Virus record (IMG/VR): IMGVR_UViG_3300023184_000026 | Span: 124,001-188,000 of that record | Strand: one strand, 5' to 3' | Length of the DNA: 64,000 nt | Part shown: one piece after another, positions 40,434-49,246 of the stretch | How positions within the stretch are numbered: position 1 is the stretch's first letter | Layout: every line of letters starts with the position of its first letter | Program-made: the position numbers and the translations under genes | Notes under the pieces: generated by a model | The model's input: only the letters and a program-made list of their open reading frames with translations | Database searches by the model: none | What the model was told of the DNA's origin: nothing

Positions 40434-40766
40434 ATGAATAAAAACGAAGTAATCCTCCACGGTGAATGTATGGTGTTTGCAAGCAAACTGCCATCTAATC
40501 TAAAGAAAATGAAAAAAAAGCCATTTATTATTGTTGCTCCAAGCGAAACCACAGGCAATCATCATGTTGTTGATGTTGTTGATGGTGTTGATTTTTATGA
40601 AAATGAGTCTGGAACTCTATTCATGGAAAGTTCGGTGGATACTACTATCCGCTGCGTTATGGCTGAACGACATGATGCTATTACTATTCCGGCTGGCACT
40701 TATGAATTTGGCAGTCAAGTGGAATATGATCCTTTTACTGCTCGACTTCAAAAGGTGCGCGACTAA
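40434..40766 (+). CDS. small beta-rich partner protein typically encoded next to DUF6745 genes
   Basis: ILHGE, APSETTGNHHV, H..ITIPAG.Y motifs; own promoter TCGACA at 40381. Confidence 0.65.
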   Translation: MNKNEVILHGECMVFASKLPSNLKKMKKKPFIIVAPSETTGNHHVVDVVDGVDFYENESGTLFMESSVDTTIRCVMAERHDAITIPAGTYEFGSQVEYDPFTARLQKVRD

Positions 40767-40814
40767 GTTCTTTATAGCAAAGATATAACATATAACACAT
40801 ATACAAATATCAAA

Positions 40815-41702
40815 ATGAGCAAGATTGAAAAACTCACAGCTGAACAAGAAAAAGACCTTCAAGTGTTTTATCGTGAAATGCTTGATTATGGTCGAAGCAT
40901 CAAACCTATTGATCATGAAAAGGCTGAAAATATTATCACAAGCTTTTATAAGCGAATGGGTCATGAAAAACCACAGTTCATGTATTTTTCCAGTCCCAAT
41001 GCAATTATTGAATATAAGAAAAAATGTGGCGATAATTCTGGTGTAGCTAATTATAGTCCCGGCCAGCAATGGATTTATTGGAAAGCTTTTTATACTTTTG
41101 CTGAAAAGATTGGCGTAAAATATTCAGAAGAAGACAGCAAGCTATTGGCCGAATGGATGACAGAATCCAAAGAGCTACATTGGTGGTTTCCATATGAGAA
41201 ATATGTGCTTGTATCTGAACGTCCCGTTCGTTTAACGGTCAATGAAGCTGGAATGCTTCATAATGAAAAGCACAAGGCTATTGAATATAGCGATGGCTGG
41301 GGTTTTTATTATCTCAATGGTGTTTGTGTTCCAGAAGAACTTGTTGTTACTGATTCTGAAGATCTTAGCTTGGATTTTTTTACAAATGAAAAAAATGCCG
41401 ATGTCAAGGCTGAATTTGTTCGCAAGTTTGGCGTTGAACGTATGCTTGATTTTGGCAAGAAAGTTGATAGCTATGAGAATTATGACAATGAAGAGCATCC
41501 TTATTGGCATGAATCTAGATATGAACTATGGGACATGAAAGTTCTGTTTGAAGGACTTGATTATCAGCCATATATAAAGATGCAGAATCAAACAACTGAA
41601 ATATGGCACGTTGAAGCAGTTTCACCAGCTTGTAGAACACTGAAAGATGCTATCAAAGAGCGTTTTGGTGGCAAAGATATGAAAATCTTGAACATCGCCT
41701 AA
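40815..41702 (+). CDS. DUF6745-like protein
   Basis: KLTAEQE N-terminus; FSSP; GQQWIYWKAFY; LHNEKHKAIEYSDGWGFYYLNGV; NADVK..FVRKFG; HVEAVSP. Confidence 0.75.
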   Translation: MSKIEKLTAEQEKDLQVFYREMLDYGRSIKPIDHEKAENIITSFYKRMGHEKPQFMYFSSPNAIIEYKKKCGDNSGVANYSPGQQWIYWKAFYTFAEKIGVKYSEEDSKLLAEWMTESKELHWWFPYEKYVLVSERPVRLTVNEAGMLHNEKHKAIEYSDGWGFYYLNGVCVPEELVVTDSEDLSLDFFTNEKNADVKAEFVRKFGVERMLDFGKKVDSYENYDNEEHPYWHESRYELWDMKVLFEGLDYQPYIKMQNQTTEIWHVEAVSPACRTLKDAIKERFGGKDMKILNIA

Positions 41703-41706
41703 AGCA

Positions 41707-41931
41707 GTGAATAAATATAAACAAGTTGAGCTGGGTAATCAGCTACATAGTCAGATTAATAATCAGCTATATAATCAGCTATATAATCAGCTTTGGAATC
41801 AGCTAGATAGACAGCTAAGTAATCAGCTATATAATCAGCTATATAATCAGCTTTGGAATCAGCTAGATAGACAGCTAAGTAATCAGCTATATAATCATGT
41901 TTATAACGAGAATAAGCTTGCCAAACTATAG
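41707..41931 (+). CDS. xQLx tetrad-repeat protein 4
   Basis: GTG start; leader MNKYKQVELG; NQLYNQLW repeats. Confidence 0.7.
   Translation: MNKYKQVELGNQLHSQINNQLYNQLYNQLWNQLDRQLSNQLYNQLYNQLWNQLDRQLSNQLYNHVYNENKLAKL
41761..41897 (+). repeat. exact 60-bp tandem duplication built from 12-nt units
   Basis: 41761-41820 identical to 41821-41880, plus a 17-nt partial third copy. Confidence 0.95.
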
Positions 41932-41954
41932 TTTATGTGCTTAAATAAGGCATT

Positions 41955-42629
41955 ATGAAAATTATTGGTATATCAGACTCCCACGGTTCTCATTGGGACA
42001 TAAAAGTTCCAGATGGAGATATTTTAGTTCATACTGGAGATTTTTCTTCACACGGAAGATTGCCAGACACACTTGATTTTTTGAGATGGTTCAACACACA
42101 TCCACACAAGCACAAGATTTTTATAGCGGGCAATCATGACTGGTTGATGGAACAAGATACAAACTTTTGGAGAATAATCAAAATGGAGTTTCCAGATTTG
42201 ACATATCTTCAAGATGAAGCTTGTGAAGTTGATGGACTTAAATTCTTTGGTTCTCCCCAAACCCCACGATTTTTTAATTGGGCATTTAATCGTGACAGAG
42301 GACAAGATATAAAGAGATATTGGGATAAAATTCCAACTGACACTGATGTACTTATTACACATGGTCCACCATATGGTATTTGTGATGAAGCATATCGTGT
42401 TGGCTTCAACACCACAGAACATGTTGGATGTAAAGATTTGCTTGATGCTACATTGCGTATTGCTCCCAAACTTCATTTGTTTGGACACATTCACTTTGCT
42501 GGCGGTCAAAGTTATGTTGCTCCAAAAACAACATATGCCAATGTTTCTTTACTCAACGAAGATTATCTTGTAGTGAACAAACCAATGATGTTTGATGTTG
42601 ACAACAATAAAATTGTGAGTATAGTATAA
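41955..42629 (+). CDS. metallophosphoesterase (MPPED/239FB-like)
   Basis: ISDSHG, HTGDF, IAGNHD, ITHGPP, HLFGHIH. Confidence 0.9.
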   Translation: MKIIGISDSHGSHWDIKVPDGDILVHTGDFSSHGRLPDTLDFLRWFNTHPHKHKIFIAGNHDWLMEQDTNFWRIIKMEFPDLTYLQDEACEVDGLKFFGSPQTPRFFNWAFNRDRGQDIKRYWDKIPTDTDVLITHGPPYGICDEAYRVGFNTTEHVGCKDLLDATLRIAPKLHLFGHIHFAGGQSYVAPKTTYANVSLLNEDYLVVNKPMMFDVDNNKIVSIV

Positions 42630-42635
42630 TCATAT

Positions 42636-42824
42636 ATGTTTATTATTTACGCAATATTGACACTATGGTCAGTTTTTGGTTTCATTTATTATATGGCAAT
42701 GATGGACGATGTAAAAGGATACAAATCAGTCATATTGTTGATTGTCGCTGGACCAATGCTTTGGTCTATATACACATTTACCGTTATATTTTCTATACTT
42801 CACAACTGGTTAACAAAAGATTAA
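42636..42824 (+). CDS. small membrane protein
   Basis: Two hydrophobic helices. Confidence 0.55.
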   Translation: MFIIYAILTLWSVFGFIYYMAMMDDVKGYKSVILLIVAGPMLWSIYTFTVIFSILHNWLTKD

Positions 42825-42830
42825 AATTTT

Positions 42831-43379
42831 ATGAGTACACTAAAAGAACTTACAGCATATTCACATGCCCAAGCCGAAAACACGCCTTTTATGCGATTGT
42901 TTATGGCAAAGGCTCTTACAGAAGAAGAGTACATGGAATATATTACTCAACTTTCTGTTATTTATACAGCACTTGAGTTTGCTGCCGAAAAGGTTGGCAT
43001 ATTACAAGAACTTGATGGCATTCAACGAGCATCAAAAGTGCGAGCAGATGTATATGAACTAAACAAGAAACTTGGCAAACAATCCAAGATTTATTGGGAA
43101 ACTATTATGTATTACAACGAGATTACTCGTATGACAGAACGAGATGAAATTCTTGCTCATTTTTATGTGCGATATGCTGGTGATATGTATGGTGGTCAGA
43201 TGCTCAAGCCGCTTGCTCATGGCAGCGGAACAATGTATGATTTTGACGACAAGTTGCCAGTTCTGCGTCAAAAGATGCGTGAGCTTGCTACACCAGAACT
43301 TGCTGATGATGCCAACATGGCTTTTAACAGAACAATTGATGTTCTAAACTGCTCCATCATACACGTCGGCACATTCTGA
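42831..43379 (+). CDS. ho1: heme oxygenase
   Basis: LKELT..SHAQAE (proximal His), IYTALE, AHFYVRYAGDMYGGQ. Confidence 0.9.
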   Translation: MSTLKELTAYSHAQAENTPFMRLFMAKALTEEEYMEYITQLSVIYTALEFAAEKVGILQELDGIQRASKVRADVYELNKKLGKQSKIYWETIMYYNEITRMTERDEILAHFYVRYAGDMYGGQMLKPLAHGSGTMYDFDDKLPVLRQKMRELATPELADDANMAFNRTIDVLNCSIIHVGTF

Positions 43380-43380
43380 T

Positions 43381-44058
43381 ATGAGTGTTATATTCGACGA
43401 AATGAAAGTGTTGTCTAGTGATTTATATCTAAAAATCGCGAAGGACAATAATGAAATAGAAAGTGATATGCTGACTGCATATAACTGGACCAATCGTATA
43501 TTTCGTGGAGCAAAATTTCGTCGTGGTCATATTGAAATATTGAATGTTGTCGAAGACAAAAAGATGTGGATTATGCATATATGTATATTTCCACATCTTG
43601 ATGACACTTCACCAATATTTGGCTTTGATGTAATTTGTGGTGCCAATAAGATCACAGGAATATTTCTTGATTTTAGTATGGCAACAAACAATCATCCCAT
43701 GAACGTATGGTTTAAAAATAGAACCAAAGATGTTGTATGGAAAAAAGATCGTGAGTTGCCAGATTGGGGCAAGCGTATATTCAGTGAAAATATGATTGCT
43801 GCTGGTGGAGTAAACACCGAATCTGAACTAAATCAAATCATTGAAGTAGCCAAAGATTGCTTGGATTATTATGTAAATAATGTGGGCAGAACCATTGTTG
43901 ATTTTAGCGTGGCAGAACGACACAACAAATATTGTATAAATCAAAAAGAAAATGTTCATACAAAACGGTTTTTGATAAACTGCGGATATAAAGAAGATGA
44001 TGTCAAAAATTTTATTGACAAACACCTGTTTCCTGAAGTAAAATACAACAATATATGA
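43381..44058 (+). CDS. ferredoxin-dependent bilin reductase (PcyA/PcyX family)
   Basis: FRRGHIE, MHICIFP, PIFGFDVI, LDFS, RELPDW..IFS, YCINQKEN.HT; 1 nt downstream of the heme oxygenase. Confidence 0.85.
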   Translation: MSVIFDEMKVLSSDLYLKIAKDNNEIESDMLTAYNWTNRIFRGAKFRRGHIEILNVVEDKKMWIMHICIFPHLDDTSPIFGFDVICGANKITGIFLDFSMATNNHPMNVWFKNRTKDVVWKKDRELPDWGKRIFSENMIAAGGVNTESELNQIIEVAKDCLDYYVNNVGRTIVDFSVAERHNKYCINQKENVHTKRFLINCGYKEDDVKNFIDKHLFPEVKYNNI

Positions 44059-44080
44059 TTTATAGGAAATCTTTATAATT

Positions 44081-44950
44081 TTACAATAAATGCGGACGTA
44101 TAGAGTTCCACTTATCTTTTTTACGTTTCATGTACAATGAAGTATTTCCGCCATATAACAAATCTCCAACTCTCAATAGAGAATCAATTTTCATGACAGC
44201 CAATATGTAAATAGTGTTTCTTTTATATATGTGAACACTTTTCACGCCATTCTCTTCGAGAAATCGTTTAAGAAAATTTCCCAACTTTTCTGACACTACA
44301 ACACTAAAGTTGCAACTGGCAATATTGCCAGTTTTAGAAAAAGTACAAGTTATGCAACCATCTCCTTCATATAACCCCAACAGAAAATATCTCACAAGGT
44401 CTGTTGGGACTGGCGGCATTCCAAAATTAAAATAAGTTTTTCCACAACATACGCCAAGATTTTTTAAATCATCATAGATTTTTGCACGTGATATGTCCAA
44501 TATATAAGTTCCACCAGCACGATAAGTTTTTCCGTTTAGTGGAGAAACCATGTCGTGTTCTTTAACGTATCCCAACGGACGAGTGGTTTTTAGTATTTTA
44601 TTTATATCTTGTAAATACGCCACATCATCTTCTTTCAATCTTAAACTCATGTTTTTATTATCTTTACTCATAGTGCCATCCGCAAATATCATCCCAAGAA
44701 TTTGAGCTTTCTCGGGAGTATCTATTTTTTCAAAAAAAGATTCGTCTATGTCATACTTGCTAACAAAACAATTTTTCCTCGTTAGTTTTAACCCCAACCG
44801 TTTCAGTATTTTACTAACAGTTGACGGTGCTATATTGAACCGCGTGGACAAAATATTGTTAGTTGTTTCGGGATTGTTCTTGACAAACTCCGCAATATTA
44901 GTATATACTTCGGGCTGAATTGAATTGGGTCTAAATTTAATATTATTCAT
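44081..44950 (-). mobile_element. double-motif LAGLIDADG homing endonuclease with N-terminal HTH
   Basis: LGMIFADGTM and FLLGLYEGDGCI; start reassigned to ATG at 44950. Confidence 0.85.
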
Positions 44951-45010
44951 GCATATACATATAACAAAATATGGATTTCCACGAATATTATACTTTTTAT
45001 AACAAAATAT

Positions 45011-45622
45011 ATGAATAAAACACTTGACGATCAGATTTGTAATAAGTACCCGAAGATGTTTCGGGACCGTAATAAACCCATGAATGAAACTGCCATGTGT
45101 TGGGGATTCCAGTGCAGCGACGGGTGGTTTAATATTATAGATTCTCTCTGCACGGCACTGACGTATACCTACACAACCTCGGTTAAGGTTGATGCAGAAG
45201 ACGGTAAACGACTGGGAATAGAACCCAGTGTCTATGACAAAAAAACAAACTATTATTGCGAAATAATCCAGCCTCAAGTTGTAGTTAATACCGTAAAAGA
45301 AAAATTCGGTACGCTGCGATTCTATTATCATACTGAACTGGAAGAAAAAATGTCGTACTTGAAAGGGACGGGCAAATATCCGGAACTGGATAAAATACTG
45401 GAACGTTATTACAATTATTTCGACGGCATTGTGCATATGGCTGAAACACTATCTGAACGCACCTGTGAAATTACTGGACAGAACGGTGAACTGCATGTTA
45501 GTGGAGCAAATCGGTCTGGATGGTATAAAACTCTTAATTGTGAATATGCCAAGAATGACCCATTCTGCGTTGATAGAAACTATGTTCCTGTAAGTTCATT
45601 GAATAAAAAAGAAACATCATGA
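45011..45622 (+). CDS. conserved phage hypothetical protein
   Basis: GWFNIIDSLC, VKEKFGTLRFY, CEITG motifs. Confidence 0.7.
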   Translation: MNKTLDDQICNKYPKMFRDRNKPMNETAMCWGFQCSDGWFNIIDSLCTALTYTYTTSVKVDAEDGKRLGIEPSVYDKKTNYYCEIIQPQVVVNTVKEKFGTLRFYYHTELEEKMSYLKGTGKYPELDKILERYYNYFDGIVHMAETLSERTCEITGQNGELHVSGANRSGWYKTLNCEYAKNDPFCVDRNYVPVSSLNKKETS

Positions 45623-45861
45623 GTAGAAATGGAAAAGGTAGCAAACCAAGACCATATAGTATATCATATAAAACATATGGCGACAACTTCGATGATATAT
45701 TCAGAAAAAAAGCAAATATAAACAAAACAACTCCAACAGATTGCCACAAGGCCGAGTGTGAGTTGTTTATAAAAGATCAAAATAAAATGATAAAGAGTAT
45801 TGTTGTAAACCCAACTTATAAAGTAAAAATAAAAATTATACCAAATGAAAATCAAAACTAA
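45619..45861 (+). CDS. small phage protein with GKGSKPRP motif
   Basis: MSRNGKGSKPRP...NFDDIF. Confidence 0.6.
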   Translation: MSRNGKGSKPRPYSISYKTYGDNFDDIFRKKANINKTTPTDCHKAECELFIKDQNKMIKSIVVNPTYKVKIKIIPNENQN

Positions 45862-46201
45862 ATATATGTATGCTTTAGCATTTATGGGACTTTTTGCACT
45901 CGTCATAAATGGTGTGGCTTATATCATAACTCGTCCCGCAAATGCTGATGAGATTGATTTATACTCATCATCCTATAAAAATATAATGAAACGGTCTGAT
46001 GCAGAAAGTGTGATGGCAGTCATTCAAGCCGAAACTTTTGATGGTGCATTTTCTCATTATTCTACATACAAAGATATTTCAGATACAAAGTTTCATGAAC
46101 TTCGTAAAGCTTATACAAGTGCTAGACAAGAGTTATTTGATTATGTAAATGAAGCCGCAAACAAATCAGTTGAAAAGCCTTATTATATGGCAACATACTA
46201 A
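45845..46201 (+). CDS. hypothetical protein with N-terminal membrane anchor
   Basis: Hydrophobic N-terminus. Confidence 0.6.
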   Translation: MKIKTKYMYALAFMGLFALVINGVAYIITRPANADEIDLYSSSYKNIMKRSDAESVMAVIQAETFDGAFSHYSTYKDISDTKFHELRKAYTSARQELFDYVNEAANKSVEKPYYMATY

Positions 46202-46219
46202 AAATAAACATTATACAAA

Positions 46220-46429
46220 ATGACAACAATAAACAAGAAACATAAGAAAGAAATAACAGCATTCCGCAAAGACATTCTGGCAGAAATGGCTAGGCAAGAT
46301 AAAGTTTTCTCTAAGCTGTGCAAGAAACTAAATATTGACCCTGATGGTGAAGATGGTGATGCCTTATTCGATCATATCTATAATGACACCGATTGGACAA
46401 TAGAATATACCGATGAAAATACAAATTGA
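46220..46429 (+). CDS. hypothetical protein
   Basis: ORF tiles with neighbours. Confidence 0.55.
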   Translation: MTTINKKHKKEITAFRKDILAEMARQDKVFSKLCKKLNIDPDGEDGDALFDHIYNDTDWTIEYTDENTN

Positions 46430-46619
46430 CATTGACGACGATCAACTTGATAACGCATTTCAAGAAAATTTGAAATGGCATATTGATAATGCCAAACAGT
46501 GTTTGGTAGAACTAAAAAAGAAAAAGAAACTGGAAAAATATCAAATAGAAGAAAAAGAACATTTTGAAAAGCTATTGCCAGCGTTGAAAATTGTTGGAGA
46601 ATATTTTGGTGTGAAATAA
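46413..46619 (+). CDS. hypothetical protein
   Basis: ORF tiles with neighbours. Confidence 0.55.
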   Translation: MKIQIDIDDDQLDNAFQENLKWHIDNAKQCLVELKKKKKLEKYQIEEKEHFEKLLPALKIVGEYFGVK

Positions 46620-46640
46620 AATTTAGGTACCCTACCCATC

Positions 46641-47045
46641 ATGGAACCATCATATGCACCCATCAATGAAAAAGTAGATGCTGCTGTAAAGCAATATACA
46701 AATGCTATTATAGAACATATTACTACCATAAATCCAGATATTGATTATGACTTGGACTATGATGAAACTACTAACAGTGCCAATACTCAAAAATCATCTA
46801 TAGCAAATATACATACTGAGCGTGGGTTTGTTACAATATTTCCAGATTTTATGCATGAATCTGCAAAAGCATCATTGCTGAACAGAGGAATGATAAGATC
46901 AATGGAACTTGAGGGGTTTGATGAAGACCAAATAAACGATGCACCAATTTATGGTACGCCTATGCCTTTTAGTATTGAAAATGCAAAAATATTCGCTATA
47001 ATTCTAACAAGAGACATGGGATTGCAACATCAGAAAAACTTATAG
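46641..47045 (+). CDS. hypothetical protein
   Basis: ORF follows a TTAGGTACCC motif. Confidence 0.55.
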   Translation: MEPSYAPINEKVDAAVKQYTNAIIEHITTINPDIDYDLDYDETTNSANTQKSSIANIHTERGFVTIFPDFMHESAKASLLNRGMIRSMELEGFDEDQINDAPIYGTPMPFSIENAKIFAIILTRDMGLQHQKNL

Positions 47046-47076
47046 TGTGTAGATTACACAGCGAGATAAATAATTT

Positions 47077-47703
47077 ATGAATAACAATATTGTAGAATTG
47101 CTGGGATGGTACGGAGACGATACTATAATTGCTTGCTCGGCTTGGACATCCACCAGTAGAGAGATTACAGATGAAAAACGTAATCGCATTCCATCGTTGC
47201 TAAAGATGCTGGCAGATGCTGGCCATCATACGCCATTTGAAAAATCTTCTTTACATTTTCTTATAGACACTGACATTGCAAGTCATATTCATTTGATAAA
47301 ACATCGAGTTGGTGTTTCTGTGAACGGAGAAAGTGCCAGATATAAAGAAATTAAGCAGGATAAGTATGTGGTTCCGACCGATTGGCCCGAAGATTGGCAA
47401 AATATTTTAAAATCTTATACACAACAAGGAAATGATTTATATCACAAGTGTGTAGCTGATCTTGTAAATAGAGGTATGGACAAGAAGCGTGTCAAAGAAA
47501 GCGCACGTTTTTTTAAAACATACAATAGTAAAATTTCCGCAGATGTTATGTTTAATTGGCGTTCATTTTATCATTTCTTAGAGTTGAGAAACAAACCAGA
47601 TGCTCAAAAAGAAATTCGAGAAATTGCAAGTGAAATGTTAAGATTGGTAAAGCAAATAGATGGACATCCATTCAAGCACACAATTGATGCATTTAATTTA
47701 TAA
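47077..47703 (+). CDS. thyX: FAD-dependent thymidylate synthase
   Basis: GHHTPFE, HLIKHRVGVSVNGESARY (R/KHRx8S), ESAR, NWRSF, AQKEIR. Confidence 0.9.
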   Translation: MNNNIVELLGWYGDDTIIACSAWTSTSREITDEKRNRIPSLLKMLADAGHHTPFEKSSLHFLIDTDIASHIHLIKHRVGVSVNGESARYKEIKQDKYVVPTDWPEDWQNILKSYTQQGNDLYHKCVADLVNRGMDKKRVKESARFFKTYNSKISADVMFNWRSFYHFLELRNKPDAQKEIREIASEMLRLVKQIDGHPFKHTIDAFNL

Positions 47704-47713
47704 AAAACAAATC

Positions 47714-48169
47714 ATGCACACAGACAAAGTAGAAACTACAGTTGAACAACATATATCAGAGTATGATGCTAAGACATATATTGATTTCAAGTTTGTTATA
47801 AAAGAATTATATGGTTATGGCGTGTTGCTATTCAATCCACCATTGGTTGTAGATGGTTCAATCGAAGTTGATGGAGAAATTGCGTATTATGGTTATGATT
47901 TTGGTATGTCTGACAAAGTATGTGTGAACAGACAAGACAATTATCTTTACAACTATGACAATGCCAACGCAGAATCCAATATTTTAAAAACCATACTCAA
48001 TATAATCAAATATGATTTGCAACATGCATTCAATCATATTGATATGGACCCAAATTATAGTCATACACATTGGGCACTGAGAGCAGAACTGCGAGATAGA
48101 ACAACATCATATGATTGGCACGAAGACCTAGTGGAGAAGCAGACGGAGTTTGATTTTAATAAAAAGTAA
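47714..48169 (+). CDS. hypothetical protein
   Basis: Start taken at MHTDKVE. Confidence 0.55.
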   Translation: MHTDKVETTVEQHISEYDAKTYIDFKFVIKELYGYGVLLFNPPLVVDGSIEVDGEIAYYGYDFGMSDKVCVNRQDNYLYNYDNANAESNILKTILNIIKYDLQHAFNHIDMDPNYSHTHWALRAELRDRTTSYDWHEDLVEKQTEFDFNKK

Positions 48170-48206
48170 TTGACATTATATAAAAAGATGTCATTGTGGT
48201 TGGTAT

Positions 48207-49202
48207 ATGAAATACGAACCAACTCTCACCGACATTGCCAACTATGATCGCGTTTTCACCTATTCGTGGGCTTATAGCGACTGGCCCGACCAGAACAAGT
48301 TTGGCGACACTTGGGTTCCAGCCGGTGTGAATGCGTTCGTCAAATGCGCCGCACGTGTTCGCGAAAGTCTAAACGTGCTCAAGCATGACTTTGACTCTGG
48401 CAAAGTTACCATTCACAATATTTGGGACGTGAGTGAGTATGCCAAAAAAATTGGCAAGTTCAAGATGCACAGCAAGGTTGACACCTCGATTGGTGACAAA
48501 GTTGGTCTTCGCGTTGATGGTTCCGCCGATTTGTATAACCTATCTCCAGCAGAAATGGCTATCCGGGTCAACGTGGAATTGTCCAAAATGGGACAACCCC
48601 TGAAGCGTTGTGGCTTAACCACTTGGCAATATCGCGCCGTGTCGGAAACGATTGAAGCATTTGAAGATGGTGCCACAGTGGTTTTGGCTGACATGTGCGC
48701 TCGTTCTGGCAAAACTTTGTATATTGGTGCAACTTTGCTTGAAACTGCGGCACCTATCACGGTTGTTGCAAGTTATGTTCTTACATCGTTTACGAGCGTC
48801 ATTGTTGATTTTTCCGGTTTTGAACAGTTCAAAAACGTGGTTTTTGTTGATAGCAAAGATGTTGACTACAAAAAGCAAGTCAAAGAAGCTCGGGCGGAAG
48901 GAAAGCAAGTTGTTGTTTTCTTGAGTCTTTGTAAGGGCGGTATTTCCGAAAACAAGCGCGAAGAGCGAATTGAGTTTCTGTTTGGTATGCAAGAGCAAGT
49001 GTTACTTGTCGTTGATGAAGCTGATTATGGTGCTTGGAAAGCTGGTCAATGCGATCCTTTAATCAAAAATGTCAGGGACGACGATCTCGTTATTTTGATG
49101 ACTGGCACGAATGCTGATCGTGCTATTGGTGGCTGGAATATTGATGCAGTAGTGCAAGTTACATATCTTGAAATGCTCATGGAGAAGAAAGAATCGCAAT
49201 AA
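48207..49202 (+). CDS. putative nuclease domain plus SF2 helicase N-terminal (RecA1) half
   Basis: YSWAY..PDQNKFGDT (T5orf172/GIY-YIG-like); CARSGKT Walker A; VVDEADYG; LMTGT; own promoter at 48170. Confidence 0.7.
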   Translation: MKYEPTLTDIANYDRVFTYSWAYSDWPDQNKFGDTWVPAGVNAFVKCAARVRESLNVLKHDFDSGKVTIHNIWDVSEYAKKIGKFKMHSKVDTSIGDKVGLRVDGSADLYNLSPAEMAIRVNVELSKMGQPLKRCGLTTWQYRAVSETIEAFEDGATVVLADMCARSGKTLYIGATLLETAAPITVVASYVLTSFTSVIVDFSGFEQFKNVVFVDSKDVDYKKQVKEARAEGKQVVVFLSLCKGGISENKREERIEFLFGMQEQVLLVVDEADYGAWKAGQCDPLIKNVRDDDLVILMTGTNADRAIGGWNIDAVVQVTYLEMLMEKKESQ

Positions 49203-49246
49203 AAAGCCAGCTTGACTTTTATAAAAACACTGACAATATAACTAAT

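Noticed and set aside
39704-41931. CRISPR array or complete DGR
   Set aside because: The repeats are contiguous coding units with no unique spacers; no cas, reverse transcriptase or clear template repeat in the window
44951-45436. N-terminal 162 codons of the 451-aa minus-strand ORF
   Set aside because: Antisense shadow of the + strand gene at 45011-45622; the LAGLIDADG protein plausibly starts at ATG 44950
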